Shown: positions 25,866-35,059 of the stretch, piece after piece
How positions within the stretch are numbered: position 1 is the first letter of the stretch
How the letters are laid out: each line of letters starts with the position of its first letter
Assembly (NCBI GenBank): GCA_963845535.1
Contig: CAWJSK010000012.1
Span: 722,339-786,338, forward strand
Direction: 5' to 3'
Source of the DNA: an uncultured Spirochaetota bacterium
GTDB lineage: Bacteria; Spirochaetota; Spirochaetia; SZUA-6; Fen-1364
Length of the DNA stretch: 64,000 nt
Notes under the pieces: generated by a model
Told to the model about the DNA's origin: nothing
What the model saw: only the letters and a program-made list of their open reading frames with translations
Database searches by the model: none
Program-made: the position numbers and the translations under genes

Positions 25866-25953
25866 GGCTTGCCATGGTAGCAAAGAAGTTCTTTCGGGTC
25901 AAAGAAACGTCGACGGGATATGCCGAGTATATAAGAGGGGGGAAGGAGACGAA

Positions 25954-26181
25954 ATGGCTCGACACAAGAGGATGAGACTGGCAACGTGGCTCGTATCCCA
26001 CAACCTCATGACGCTTGACCAGGCGCACGAGGTCATGCGGGAGCAGAAAGAGCAGACCGGCCACATCCGCGAACGCTTTGGCAGAATTGCAGTCAAAAAG
26101 GGCTTTATCTCGGAGGAAGCCCTTACGCGCGCATATCTCGAAAAAGAAAGAGAAGAAGCCCTGCTCAGACCCGTCATGTAG
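25954..26181 (+). CDS. Small stand-alone T2SSE_N/MshEN-like protein (75 aa)
   Basis: GGAAGGAG RBS 25941-25948 plus ATG 25954. Two half-motifs, RLATWLVSHNLMTLDQAHEVMREQ and RFGRIAVKKGFISEEALTRAYLEKE, resemble the RLGxxLLxxGLIxxxxLxxAL repeat. Confidence 0.55.
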   Translation: MARHKRMRLATWLVSHNLMTLDQAHEVMREQKEQTGHIRERFGRIAVKKGFISEEALTRAYLEKEREEALLRPVM

Positions 26182-26188
26182 GCTGGTC

Positions 26189-26842
26189 TCAGATCCTCGA
26201 TTTTACCCAGGGATAGGCTTCTTCGAAGCTGGAGAACCGCAGATCCGCGAGCCGAGCGTTGTCCCGGGAGGCGAGCTCTGACACGAAAGCAACCGCCACG
26301 CCCGCCCGGCGGGCCGCCTCTATTCCGGCAGGAGAGTCTTCAAACACAAGCGCCTCAGGCGCCTGCGCTTTCAGCTCGTGGAGCGCCTTGAGGAAGCCCT
26401 CGGGGTCCGGCTTGCCGCGGGAACAGTCCTCATCCGTCAGGATAAGGTCCACGTTGTCGGCGCGCAGGCCGGCATTGTCCATCATCACCTCGATCTCGGC
26501 CTTCGTTGATCCGCTGACAATGGCCTGGGGCACCGGGAGGGAGAGCATCCTGTCGAAGCCCCGCGCCACGCGCAGTTTCCTCCCCTTGAGAAACTCGATT
26601 TTCTTTTGCACGAACGTCCGCCAGACTTCCGAAAGCGGCGTGTGGAAGCCGCGGTTCACGGAGAGCCATTCGAACACGCCGCTCCAGGAGAAGCCGTAGA
26701 GCAAGTCCAGCTCGGCCTGACTGAGCTCGATGGAGTAGTCCCGGCGGAGAAGGTCGGAGAACAGCGCGTCGTTGATGCGCTCGCTTTCGACGATGGTGTC
26801 GTCGAAGTCGTAGATGATGGCGCGGATCCTGTCGGGCTCCAT
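26189..26842 (-). CDS. HAD superfamily hydrolase
   Basis: DxDxT motif IIYDFDDTIV; SGS; GKPDPEGF; FEDSPAGIEAARRAG. Confidence 0.85.
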   Translation of the reverse strand: MEPDRIRAIIYDFDDTIVESERINDALFSDLLRRDYSIELSQAELDLLYGFSWSGVFEWLSVNRGFHTPLSEVWRTFVQKKIEFLKGRKLRVARGFDRMLSLPVPQAIVSGSTKAEIEVMMDNAGLRADNVDLILTDEDCSRGKPDPEGFLKALHELKAQAPEALVFEDSPAGIEAARRAGVAVAFVSELASRDNARLADLRFSSFEEAYPWVKSRI

Positions 26843-26923
26843 GGCGCGGCAGTATAAATCGCCTCGAAATACTGGGAAAGCCCCCACGGGAGTGGTACAT
26901 TTCAGGCAAAAGGATCAATCGCC

Positions 26924-27643
26924 ATGCGCCTGAAGAATTATAATGAGGATCTCGTCCTCGAAACGGTGAAGGTGGTGCTGAAGGACAGGGCGGACGTGCG
27001 TCCCAGCCGCTCCTTCATTTTGGACGTGGCTGCGTACGTGCTCAACAGGACGCCCCCCAAGTACATCACGAGCGAGCGAGGTTTCACCCACGAGGTCCTG
27101 CAGGCCGCGGGCGGGGATGGGACGGAGGAGCAGCGCCTCGTGAACGTGATCGAGCTGATCACGCATATCAATCAGGCCATCGAGGTGGTTGCGCGGCGGC
27201 GGCGCAACGGGGCCTCGGTGGGCCAGAAGAGACCTCCCCGCTCGTCAGCCTCGGAGGACGGCGCCCGGCAGCTTCTCTACTACTACAACATGCCCCACAT
27301 CTTCGGACGGATCGTGGATGCACAGGATGGAAAGCCCGTGATCTCGGCGCAAGCCACCCTCTGGATCAATGACCAGGTGTCGCCGCCCGCTGAAAGCGGC
27401 TGGCGCAATCCCTATCTGACCAACGAACAGACGAGCGGCTACTTCAGCTTCTGGCCGCGCGTGGAGACCGGTGACTCCGACAGCGTGCGGATGCAGGTGA
27501 CAATCGGCTTCGAGCACGAAAGGTATGAGCCCTTGACGTTCCGGAAAAGCTTGAAAGTGCCGGGGGAGTTCTTCCTGTACGACTACATCCGCGGCGACAA
27601 ACTCCTCGACGTCGGGACCCTCGCCATGCAGCCGGCCGGATAG
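26924..27643 (+). CDS. ComFB-domain protein with a C-terminal carboxypeptidase-regulatory-like beta domain
   Basis: KNYNEDLVLETV and ILDVAAYVLNRTPPKYITSERG match the ComFB pattern. The C-terminal GRIVDAQDGKPVISAQATLWIN resembles CarboxypepD_reg. Confidence 0.65.
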   Translation: MRLKNYNEDLVLETVKVVLKDRADVRPSRSFILDVAAYVLNRTPPKYITSERGFTHEVLQAAGGDGTEEQRLVNVIELITHINQAIEVVARRRRNGASVGQKRPPRSSASEDGARQLLYYYNMPHIFGRIVDAQDGKPVISAQATLWINDQVSPPAESGWRNPYLTNEQTSGYFSFWPRVETGDSDSVRMQVTIGFEHERYEPLTFRKSLKVPGEFFLYDYIRGDKLLDVGTLAMQPAG

Positions 27644-27780
27644 GGCGGTGCGTTGCGCGGCCGCACGACAACCCGCCATACGTCAGCGCGAAGTTCTACG
27701 GACGTGACTCTCGAATTTGCCTTCCCCGGGAGGTGATGCTATTATGAACCCATGGGTGAAAGTCAGATGGAGGGCACACT

Positions 27781-28062
27781 ATGGGACCAAGGAAGATCAC
27801 CTCTGATGCTCTGAAGCGTGTGTTCACCGATCTGCGCACCGGCGACGAGAAGGCAATCGGCACCTGGTTGTTCAAGGGATACAGGCTCCAGGTGAGCCGC
27901 TACCAGTCCTCGGGAACGGAGCGCTCTGCTCTCCTTTACCGCAAGAGAAGGGACCAGGGCCTGTGCGTGAGATGCGGCGCACGAGTCACGCGGAAGAACC
28001 CCCTGACGGGAATGTTGTACAGGTTGTGCGACGCCCACAGGAAAGAGATAGATAGAAAGTAA
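27781..28062 (+). CDS. Small hypothetical protein with a Cys/His zinc-ribbon-like motif
   Basis: 93-aa ORF containing CVRCG...LCDAH. No other evidence. Confidence 0.4.
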   Translation: MGPRKITSDALKRVFTDLRTGDEKAIGTWLFKGYRLQVSRYQSSGTERSALLYRKRRDQGLCVRCGARVTRKNPLTGMLYRLCDAHRKEIDRK

Positions 28063-28068
28063 GGCGGC

Positions 28069-29022
28069 TTACAGCCCGGGTTCCGTGGGGACCGGCATCT
28101 GAATGGCCGCCGTGGGCTGACGGGGCGCGGAAGGCTGGGTGGCCGCACCGGACGCCGAAGGCTGGCTGGGCGCCGCGGCGGAGGGAGGCGGCGGAACGGG
28201 CATCTGCTGGAACTGCTGCGGAGAGCCGCCCTGGTCCGGCAGTTCAAGAGGCGGCCCAGGCTCCGTGGGCTCGGCCTGCGGATCAGGGAACCGGTTGAGA
28301 AGATAATCGTAGCGTTCCCGCATCTGCCTGCTTTTCTCGAATGTGTTTACGTTGTACCTCACCGGATTCGTGATGATCGTTACAAGACGGCGCAGCTCGT
28401 CCAGGGAAAGGCTCGCCACGCTTGTGCCATAGTAATGGTAGGAAGCGGCGCCAATCCCATAGATCCCTTTCCCCCACTCGATGCAGTTCAGGTACAGCTC
28501 GAGGATCCGGTTTTTCGGCATGAAAAGATCCATCTCGATTGCAATGAGCGCCTCGCTGTACTTGCGCAGGTATGTCTTGCGGGGGGTGAGGAAAAGGTTC
28601 CGAGCGAGCTGCTGGGGAATGGTGCTCCCGCCGTACAGCGGGTAGCCGATCGACTTGTCGATGAGGTAGGCGTCCCTGATGGCTCCCAGGTCGATCCCAA
28701 TGTGGTTGTAGAAGTGGTAGTCCTCCAGCCTGATCACCATTCTCCTGGCCACGAGCGGGATGTGATACAACGGAACGAAGTGGACTTGCTGGGCTTTCTG
28801 GTGGGCGGTCACCCCCCTCCAGACCATGAGAGCGGTGACCTGGGGGTTGAGGCGGAGAAGCGCCATGCTTGCCAGGAGAACGAGGAAAAAAAGAACGACA
28901 TGCGCAATGACAAAGCCGGCGACGAGGAACCGGGCAAGCTTTCCCGCTATCCGGGAAGGCTTCACGACGTCCCTCAGCAAGGCCATCCGAAGCGCAAAGG
29001 TCTCGGTAATGCGGGCGTTCAT
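28069..29022 (-). CDS. mtgA: Monofunctional peptidoglycan glycosyltransferase (GT51)
   Basis: RLEDYHFYNHIGID and GGSTIPQQLARNLFL; N-terminal TM anchor; Pro/Ala/Gln-rich C-terminal tail. Confidence 0.85.
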   Translation of the reverse strand: MNARITETFALRMALLRDVVKPSRIAGKLARFLVAGFVIAHVVLFFLVLLASMALLRLNPQVTALMVWRGVTAHQKAQQVHFVPLYHIPLVARRMVIRLEDYHFYNHIGIDLGAIRDAYLIDKSIGYPLYGGSTIPQQLARNLFLTPRKTYLRKYSEALIAIEMDLFMPKNRILELYLNCIEWGKGIYGIGAASYHYYGTSVASLSLDELRRLVTIITNPVRYNVNTFEKSRQMRERYDYLLNRFPDPQAEPTEPGPPLELPDQGGSPQQFQQMPVPPPPSAAAPSQPSASGAATQPSAPRQPTAAIQMPVPTEPGL

Positions 29023-29098
29023 ATGAAATGCTCGATCAAAACGTTACGGGAGCACGGCGTGAAAGTCAAGACTCGCGCACATGTGATAGTCTGGCGGC

Positions 29099-30057
29099 GT
29101 GGGATTGGCTAAAACGGCATCGATTGGCGAGGCGCGCCAGCGCCTTCCGCGCGAGTTCCTCGAAAACCTCCAGCAGACGTTCCCTCAGGCCGTGTCACAA
29201 GCGATCATCCGTGGGATGTGCGCCCGGCGCCCCACGACATTCCGCGTGAACACGCTCCAGGCGGACCCGCGTGAGATCGTCGGGTTCCTGCGGGAAACCG
29301 GGGTGAAGTTCCGCGCGGTGCCCTGGAGCCGCCACGCGTTCATCCTCTCCGAGCTGCGGGAGCGGGACGTCGAACAATGGGACTGGTATCGCGAGGGGCG
29401 CCTGTATCTTCAGAGCCTCTCGAGCATGGTCCCCGCCATCGCCCTGGCGCCGCGCCCGGGAGAGCGCGTGCTGGACCTTGCCGCCGCCCCGGGCGGCAAG
29501 ACAACACAGATGGCCGCGCTGATGGAAAACAGCGGCTCCATCCTGGCGGTCGAGCCCGACGAAGTACGACTGAGCCGACTTTCCTACAACGTGGCGCTCC
29601 AGGGATGCCGCAACGTGGAGGTGAGGAAAGCCCGGGGGAAAGAATCGGAGGCGAGATGCCGGGCGCATTCGACCGGGTCCTTCTCGACGTCCCCTGCTCT
29701 GGAGAGGGCAGGTTCATTGTCGGCGCTCCCGGCACCTCACGGGCTTGGTCGCGGAAGCTGATTGCTGATCGCGCCCGGCTTCAGCGCAAGCTCTTCGAAA
29801 GCGGGTTTCACGCGGTCCGGCCGGGAGGGGTCCTCGTATACTCTACGTGCACTCTCAATCTCGAAGAGAACGAAAAGGTCATCCATTGGGCGCTGGAAAG
29901 CTTTGCGCTGGAGACCGAAAAGCTTCCGCTCTCCATCCCCGGATCATGGTCGGGCATCTCCCGGGGGTTGCATCCGGGAGTCTCGAACGCGCTTCGGCTT
30001 TTTCCCGACGCAGAGAAGGAGGGCTTCTTCATCTGTCGGCTGCGTCGGGTCGAGTAA
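29099..30057 (+). pseudogene. RsmB/RsmF (NOL1/NOP2/Sun) family rRNA m5C methyltransferase with a frame change at 29630-29640
   Basis: ORF 29099..29761 carries LDLAAAPGGKT. ORF 29377..30057 carries FDRVLLDVPCSGEG and YSTCT. They join across gcccgggggaaag (a G5 run). Confidence 0.8.
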
Positions 30058-30120
30058 TCCGCGTTAGCGCGGTAGTCCGTTAGCCCGGTAATCCGTGCTA
30101 ACACGGTAATCCGCGCGGCA
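30054..30120. repeat. Four degenerate direct copies of GTA(A/G)TCC at 16-18 nt spacing, with small hairpins, between convergent genes
   Basis: GTAATCC at 30054, GTAGTCC at 30072, GTAATCC at 30088 and GTAATCC at 30106. Embedded hairpins cgcg-ttag-cgcg and ccgtg-ctaa-cacgg. Confidence 0.6.
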
Positions 30121-31261
30121 GCGGGCCGAACCACTGGTAGAGGTAGCACTGCATGTTGCCGTTGTACAGCTTGCGGTTCTTGGAGAATGGCGTGCCGAAA
30201 AGCCTCGGGAAATCCGTGCTCGCGGTGAGGATAAAGAAGGACCACGTCTCAAGCTTCCGGTACAGGTCACCCATTTCCCGCGAAAGCGCGTCCACGTCCC
30301 GCCGCTCACCCAGGCGTTCACCGTATGGCGGGTTGGAGACGATGCAGCCGTAGCCTTGCTCCGCCTGGAACGCGCCAAGCGGCGCGCACCGAAAGCGCAC
30401 GCTGTCTGAGACTCCCGCCTTCGCGGCATTCCTGGTGGCGGCCTCCACCATTGCGGGGTCCTTGTCCGAGGCCGCGACGGTGACCCCCGCCTCACGGCGC
30501 TCTGAGTCGCGCGACTCCTGACGGGCATCCTGCCAGATGCGGGCGGGCAGCGCGGGCCATTCCTCCGCGGCAAAGCGGCGCCTGATTCCCGGCGCCGCGC
30601 CGCGGGCAATCAGCGCGGCCTCTATGGCGATGGTGCCTGAGCCGCACAGCGGATCGGCAAACGGCCGCGAGGCGTCCCAGCGGGATAGCAGCACCAGGGC
30701 GGCCGCCAGGTTCTCCCGCAGCGGCGCGGCGCCGGTCTCCGTCCTGTAGCCGCGCTTGTGCAGCCCCGGGCCGCTCGTGTCCAGGCAGACCGTGGCGCGG
30801 TCCCGCAGCAGGGAGACCTCGACGGTGTACAGCGGCCCGCTCTCCTCCGCGCGCTGACCGCCCTGATGTCCCCGCGCGCCCAGGAGCGCGTCCACGATGG
30901 CTTTCTTGGAGACGGATTGGAGGGTGGGCACGGAGGCAAGCCGCGAACGGGTGGACCGCGCCTTGACCACGACGGCGGCCGTGCGCGGGACCAGCTCGCT
31001 CCAGGGGGCCTGGCGGACCCCTTCGTAGAGGTCATCGAAATCCGTGGCGGGGAAGTCCGCCATCCGCAGCCACACCCGGTCCGCGGTCCGCAGCCTGATG
31101 TTGCACCGCGCCATGTCCGCCGGCGTCCCCTCGAAGAGCACGCGCCTGTCCATCGTGCTCGTGACGGATATTCCCAGCGCGAGCAGCTCGTCCCGGACCA
31201 CGGCCTCCAGCCCGAACGTCGCCGCGGCCTCCAGGAGGAGGCTCCCGCCGCTTGTTTTCAT
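30098..31261 (-). CDS. THUMP-domain class I SAM-dependent RNA methyltransferase (RlmL/K N-terminal-like)
   Basis: DPLCGSGTIAIEAAL (SAM motif I) and VSNPPYGERLG (motif IV), with an N-terminal THUMP-like region. Confidence 0.8.
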   Translation of the reverse strand: MKTSGGSLLLEAAATFGLEAVVRDELLALGISVTSTMDRRVLFEGTPADMARCNIRLRTADRVWLRMADFPATDFDDLYEGVRQAPWSELVPRTAAVVVKARSTRSRLASVPTLQSVSKKAIVDALLGARGHQGGQRAEESGPLYTVEVSLLRDRATVCLDTSGPGLHKRGYRTETGAAPLRENLAAALVLLSRWDASRPFADPLCGSGTIAIEAALIARGAAPGIRRRFAAEEWPALPARIWQDARQESRDSERREAGVTVAASDKDPAMVEAATRNAAKAGVSDSVRFRCAPLGAFQAEQGYGCIVSNPPYGERLGERRDVDALSREMGDLYRKLETWSFFILTASTDFPRLFGTPFSKNRKLYNGNMQCYLYQWFGPLPRGLPC

Positions 31262-31300
31262 GATCTCCCCTTCCTGCTAATAATACATAGGAGGCTGGGT

Positions 31301-32095
31301 ATGAAAAGTCTTTCATCACTGGTCGTCATCTCTCTCGCGCTGGCGTTGGCCGTGGCGCCGGTGGCCTCCGCGGAACAGCCGGAGATTGTCGTTTCGGCGG
31401 CAGCCAGCCTCACGGACGTCCTCACAAGTCTCTCGTCCCCGGCGGAGCAATTCATCGGGGCGAAGCTCCTTTTCAATTTCGGGGCCTCCGGAGCGCTTCG
31501 ACGCCAGATCGAGGAGGGAGCGCCCGTGGATGTGTTCTTTTCCGCCTCCTCGGAGGACGTCGACAAGCTCCTTGCCAAAAGCCTCCTGGTTGCCGGCACG
31601 CGCAAAGACCTCCTCTCCAACAGGGTCGTCCTGATCGGGGGCCCGCACGCCTCGCCCCTGCGCGCGGCGGAAACGGAGACGGCCGTGAGCGCCCTGAAAG
31701 CGCTCCTTTCCGGCGCAAGCCTCGTGGCCGTGGGCAATCCGGACACCGTGCCGGCCGGCCGTTACGCGGTGCGCGCCTTGACGACGTACGGCCTCTACCC
31801 GATCGTGAAGTCGAAGCTGGTCCTCGGCGGGAACGTCCGTGAAGTGCTCCAGTACGTGCAGAATGGATCAGCGCCCCTGGGGATCGTTTTCCTGACGGAT
31901 GCTCTCACCGTATCACCGGGCAGCATACAACGGCTGTTCGAGTTCCCTGATGACGCCGTCGGGATTCCCATCCTCTATCCGGTGGCGGTGGTGAGCGCCT
32001 CGAAGCACAAGGATAAGGCCGAAAAACTGATCGAGTTCTTCCAGGGGGACGCGGCGCGGAACGTATTTCGAAGCGCGGGGTTCATCCTGAGATGA
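31301..32095 (+). CDS. modA: Molybdate ABC transporter substrate-binding protein
   Basis: TAGGAGG RBS plus ATG 31301; signal peptide MKSLSSLVVISLALALAVAPVASA; SAAASLTDV, FNFGASGAL and NPDTVPAGRYA. Confidence 0.88.
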   Translation: MKSLSSLVVISLALALAVAPVASAEQPEIVVSAAASLTDVLTSLSSPAEQFIGAKLLFNFGASGALRRQIEEGAPVDVFFSASSEDVDKLLAKSLLVAGTRKDLLSNRVVLIGGPHASPLRAAETETAVSALKALLSGASLVAVGNPDTVPAGRYAVRALTTYGLYPIVKSKLVLGGNVREVLQYVQNGSAPLGIVFLTDALTVSPGSIQRLFEFPDDAVGIPILYPVAVVSASKHKDKAEKLIEFFQGDAARNVFRSAGFILR

Positions 32096-32793
32096 ACCTC
32101 CTTTTCCCCATCCTGCTTTCCCTTCGCGTTGCCGTGGTCGCCACCGCGTTCACGTTGGTGATTGGGCTGGGCCTGGCAAAGCTCTTTGCCTCCCGCGCCG
32201 TGCGCCTCCGGCGGGTCTGGGAGTCCCTCATCCTTTTGCCCATGGTGTTTCCTCCCACCATTACCGGCTATCTCCTCCTTGTTCTCTTCGGGAAAAGGAG
32301 CCCCGTCGGCGCCCTCCTGGCCCAGCTCGGGCTTTCCGTTGTCTTCACCTGGGCGGCCGCCGTGATTGCCTCCTTCGTCGTGTCCCTTCCCCTGATGTTC
32401 CAGAACTGCAAGGCCGCCCTGCGCAGCGTGGACACGCAGCTGGAAAACGCGGCGCGCACCCTCGGGCTCAGGGAAGGCAGAGTTTTCCTTCGCGTCACGC
32501 TTCCCCTGGCAACGCCGGGGATCCTGAGCGGAACGGCGCTGTCCTTTGCCAGGGCCCTCGGGGAGTTCGGCGCAACGCTCATGATTGCCGGCAACATACC
32601 CGGCAGGACGCAGACCATCCCGCTGGCCCTCTATTCCGCGGTGGAAAGCGGACGGCAGGCGGAAGCGAACATACTCCTTGCCGTTACGGTTGCGCTCTCC
32701 TTCGCCGTCGTGATCGTGGTGAGCTTCTATGAGAGGCTCGGGGCCGGCGAACGCGCGGGACGGACCGGGGGAAGGGTTCCGCCACGACGCTGA
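32092..32793 (+). CDS. modB: Molybdate ABC transporter permease
   Basis: EAA-type loop ENAARTLGLREGRVFLRVTLPLATPGI and five TM helices. The start overlaps the modA stop. Confidence 0.88.
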   Translation: MNLLFPILLSLRVAVVATAFTLVIGLGLAKLFASRAVRLRRVWESLILLPMVFPPTITGYLLLVLFGKRSPVGALLAQLGLSVVFTWAAAVIASFVVSLPLMFQNCKAALRSVDTQLENAARTLGLREGRVFLRVTLPLATPGILSGTALSFARALGEFGATLMIAGNIPGRTQTIPLALYSAVESGRQAEANILLAVTVALSFAVVIVVSFYERLGAGERAGRTGGRVPPRR

Positions 32794-32840
32794 TCAACTT
32801 CGAGAAGGAGCTTGCCCTCTTCACGCTCAAGGCTGCGTTC

Positions 32841-33413
32841 ATGCTGGAAAAAAACATGACCGCAATCCTGTGGGGCGAATCCGGGGCTGGCAAGACGACG
32901 GTGCTCAACTGCATTGCAGGGCTCCTGGACCCTGATCGAGGTGAGATCCTCGTGGAAGGCAAGACGGTGTTTTCATCCACGCGCGGGATCAGCCTTCCTC
33001 CGCGTGAGCGGAACGTGGGTTTCGTCTTCCAGAGCTATGCGCTCTTTCCCCACCTCAGCGCGGAGGAGAACGTGGCCCTGGCAATGCCGCGCGCCAAGAG
33101 GCGCGACGCGGTGGAGTACCTGGAGAGGTTCCATATCGAGCGCATGAGGAAATCGAAGCCGCCGTACCTCTCGGGAGGGGAGCGCCAGAGGCTGGCCCTG
33201 GCCAGGGCGCTCGCAACGAAACCCCGCCTGCTCCTCCTCGATGAGCCTTTCAGCGCGCTGGACACGCGGACGCGGGAAGAGACTCATCGGGAGTTTCTTG
33301 CCCTTCGGGATGAGCTTTCCATGAGCGTCATCCTCGTGACGCATGACCGAAGCGAAGCCAGGCTCCTGGGCCACAGGATCTACGAGCTTCGTGACGGCGA
33401 GGTCTTGGAATAG
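32841..33413 (+). CDS. modC: ABC transporter ATP-binding protein (ModC-like, no TOBE domain)
   Basis: Walker A GESGAGKTT, signature LSGGERQRLALARAL, Walker B LLLLDEPFSALD. The first ATG leaves only 11 aa before Walker A, so the true start may be CTG 32790 or ATC 32793. Confidence 0.8.
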   Translation: MLEKNMTAILWGESGAGKTTVLNCIAGLLDPDRGEILVEGKTVFSSTRGISLPPRERNVGFVFQSYALFPHLSAEENVALAMPRAKRRDAVEYLERFHIERMRKSKPPYLSGGERQRLALARALATKPRLLLLDEPFSALDTRTREETHREFLALRDELSMSVILVTHDRSEARLLGHRIYELRDGEVLE

Positions 33414-33423
33414 GACGGGAAGC

Positions 33424-34173
33424 ATGGCGGACCTCGAAGCGTTCGTGAAAAAGCTCTTCCTCCCCGGCGCTGTCTACACATTTGTGGGAGCCGGCGGAAA
33501 ATCCACGGCAATGCGCCGAGTCGCGCGCATCCTCGCCCGGAGCGGGTTGCGCCCGCGCATGACAACGACCACCCGCGTGGGGATCGAGGAGTTCTCGGGC
33601 TTCCCCGTTTTCTTTGCGCCGGCCGCGCGGGATCTCAGGGAGGCATGCGGCGGTCGTGAGCCCGTCCGGCTCATCGTTTCCTCCGCGCTCGCCGGGCAGG
33701 GGAAATACGCGGGGGTCGACCCCGCCCTTTTCGACGGGATGGAGGTCGGCGACGACTCGGTTCTCCTCGTGGAAGGGGACGGGTCGCGCCGCAAGCCTCT
33801 GAAGGTACCCACGAGCCGGGAGCCCGTCATTCCCGCCTGCACCGCGCTTGTCTTCGCTCTCATGGGGGCATCCGGTTTTGGCGAGCCCATCGACGAGGAG
33901 CACTGCTATAACCACCAGGCGGTTTCCGGCATCGTGCCACCGGGCACACGGAGCTTCGACGCGGCCTCCCTGGCAGCCATTGCAGCCCATCCTGCCGGAT
34001 GTCGCAAAGGAGTCGTGCGCGGGATGGGATTTCACGTAGTCATGAACCAGGGAGACCTGCCGGCCAAACGACCCATCGGGGCCGAGGCTTTGGGTATCCT
34101 CAAAGCCCAGGGGATCGATGGCAGCCTGGTTTCCTTGCAGCAGGAGGTCGTGTACGAAACCCCCGGCCTCTGA
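33424..34173 (+). CDS. yqeC: Selenium-dependent hydroxylase accessory protein YqeC family
   Basis: VYTFVGAGGKSTAMRRVA (P-loop-like) then RMTTTTRVG, the pattern typical of YqeC. Confidence 0.75.
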   Translation: MADLEAFVKKLFLPGAVYTFVGAGGKSTAMRRVARILARSGLRPRMTTTTRVGIEEFSGFPVFFAPAARDLREACGGREPVRLIVSSALAGQGKYAGVDPALFDGMEVGDDSVLLVEGDGSRRKPLKVPTSREPVIPACTALVFALMGASGFGEPIDEEHCYNHQAVSGIVPPGTRSFDAASLAAIAAHPAGCRKGVVRGMGFHVVMNQGDLPAKRPIGAEALGILKAQGIDGSLVSLQQEVVYETPGL

Positions 34174-34174
34174 G

Positions 34175-35059
34175 ATGCTGCTCGCGCTCGTCAAGGGCGG
34201 AGGAGACCTGGCCACGGGGGTCGCCCTTTCCCTGCACCGGGCGGGATTCGGCGTCGTGATGACCGAGATTGCCCAGCCGACTGCCATTCGGCTGACGGTG
34301 TCATTCGCCCAAGCCGTCTACGAGGGCGGCCACACCGTCGAAGGCGTGCGGGCCGTGCGGACGGATGCGGAGGGATGGCGGGCCGTGGTGGAGGCAGGCG
34401 CCGTTGCCGTTCTCGTGGACCCGCGGGCAGCCATCCTGTCGCGCGTGTCCACGCACCTCGTCGTGGACGCAATCATGGCAAAGCGGAACACGGGCACGGG
34501 TCGCGCGGAGCGCAGCGTGGTGATCGGCCTGGGCCCGGGGTTCACCGCCGGCGCGGACGCGGGAGCGGACGTGGACGCCGTGATCGAGACCGCGCGCGGG
34601 CACGAGCTGGGACGCGTCATCCGCGCGGGGGTTGCGCGGGAAGACAGCGGCGTGCCCGGGGAGATCGGGGGCCGCGGCGCCGAACGCGTGCTGCGCGCCC
34701 CCGCGGACGGGAACGTGATCCACGTGAAGGAGATCGGGGCCATCGTCAGGAAAGGGGAGCCGGTGGCGCGCGTGGGTGACCTGACGGTGACGGCGCCGTT
34801 CGACGGGTGCCTGCGGGGCCTCATCCACCATGGGCTTGCCGTGCGCCGGGGGATGAAAATCGGGGACGTTGACCCGCGCGGGGAAGCGCAATATGCATCC
34901 ACCGTGTCGGACAAAGCCCGGGCCCTCGGGCGGGCCGTGCTGGAGGCGGCTCTCCTCCTTGGCCGGGAAAGGGGCCTTTTCCAGCTCGAGCCTCGCGCTT
35001 CGGGCGGCGCGCTCAGGAGACCGTCACAACGTCCCCCGGACCGAGAAACTTCTCCGTGA
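34175..35059 (+). CDS. yqeB: Selenium-dependent molybdenum hydroxylase system protein YqeB family
   Basis: MLLALVKGGGDLATGVALSLHRAGFGVVMTEIAQPTAIRLTVSFAQAVYEG. ATG 34175 sits 1 nt after the yqeC stop (TGAGATG). Confidence 0.75.
   Translation: MLLALVKGGGDLATGVALSLHRAGFGVVMTEIAQPTAIRLTVSFAQAVYEGGHTVEGVRAVRTDAEGWRAVVEAGAVAVLVDPRAAILSRVSTHLVVDAIMAKRNTGTGRAERSVVIGLGPGFTAGADAGADVDAVIETARGHELGRVIRAGVAREDSGVPGEIGGRGAERVLRAPADGNVIHVKEIGAIVRKGEPVARVGDLTVTAPFDGCLRGLIHHGLAVRRGMKIGDVDPRGEAQYASTVSDKARALGRAVLEAALLLGRERGLFQLEPRASGGALRRPSQRPPDRETSP

Noticed and set aside
26893-26908. TGGTAC-N5-AGGCA, a sigma54-like -24/-12 match upstream of the ComFB gene.
   Set aside because: The -12 element lacks the TT. 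The predicted transcription start would also fall after the SD, only about 5 nt before ATG 26924.
28069-28260. The Pro/Ala/Gln-rich C-terminal tail of MtgA and the Gly/Ala-rich tail of the HD protein (8150-8266), as possible separate features.
   Set aside because: These are low-complexity extensions in convergent-overlap regions of a high-GC genome, with no independent signal.
30758-32095. A 445-aa ORF extending modA far upstream.
   Set aside because: The upstream 181 aa are the antisense shadow of the THUMP methyltransferase gene. A TAGGAGG RBS, ATG 31301 and a signal peptide mark the real start.
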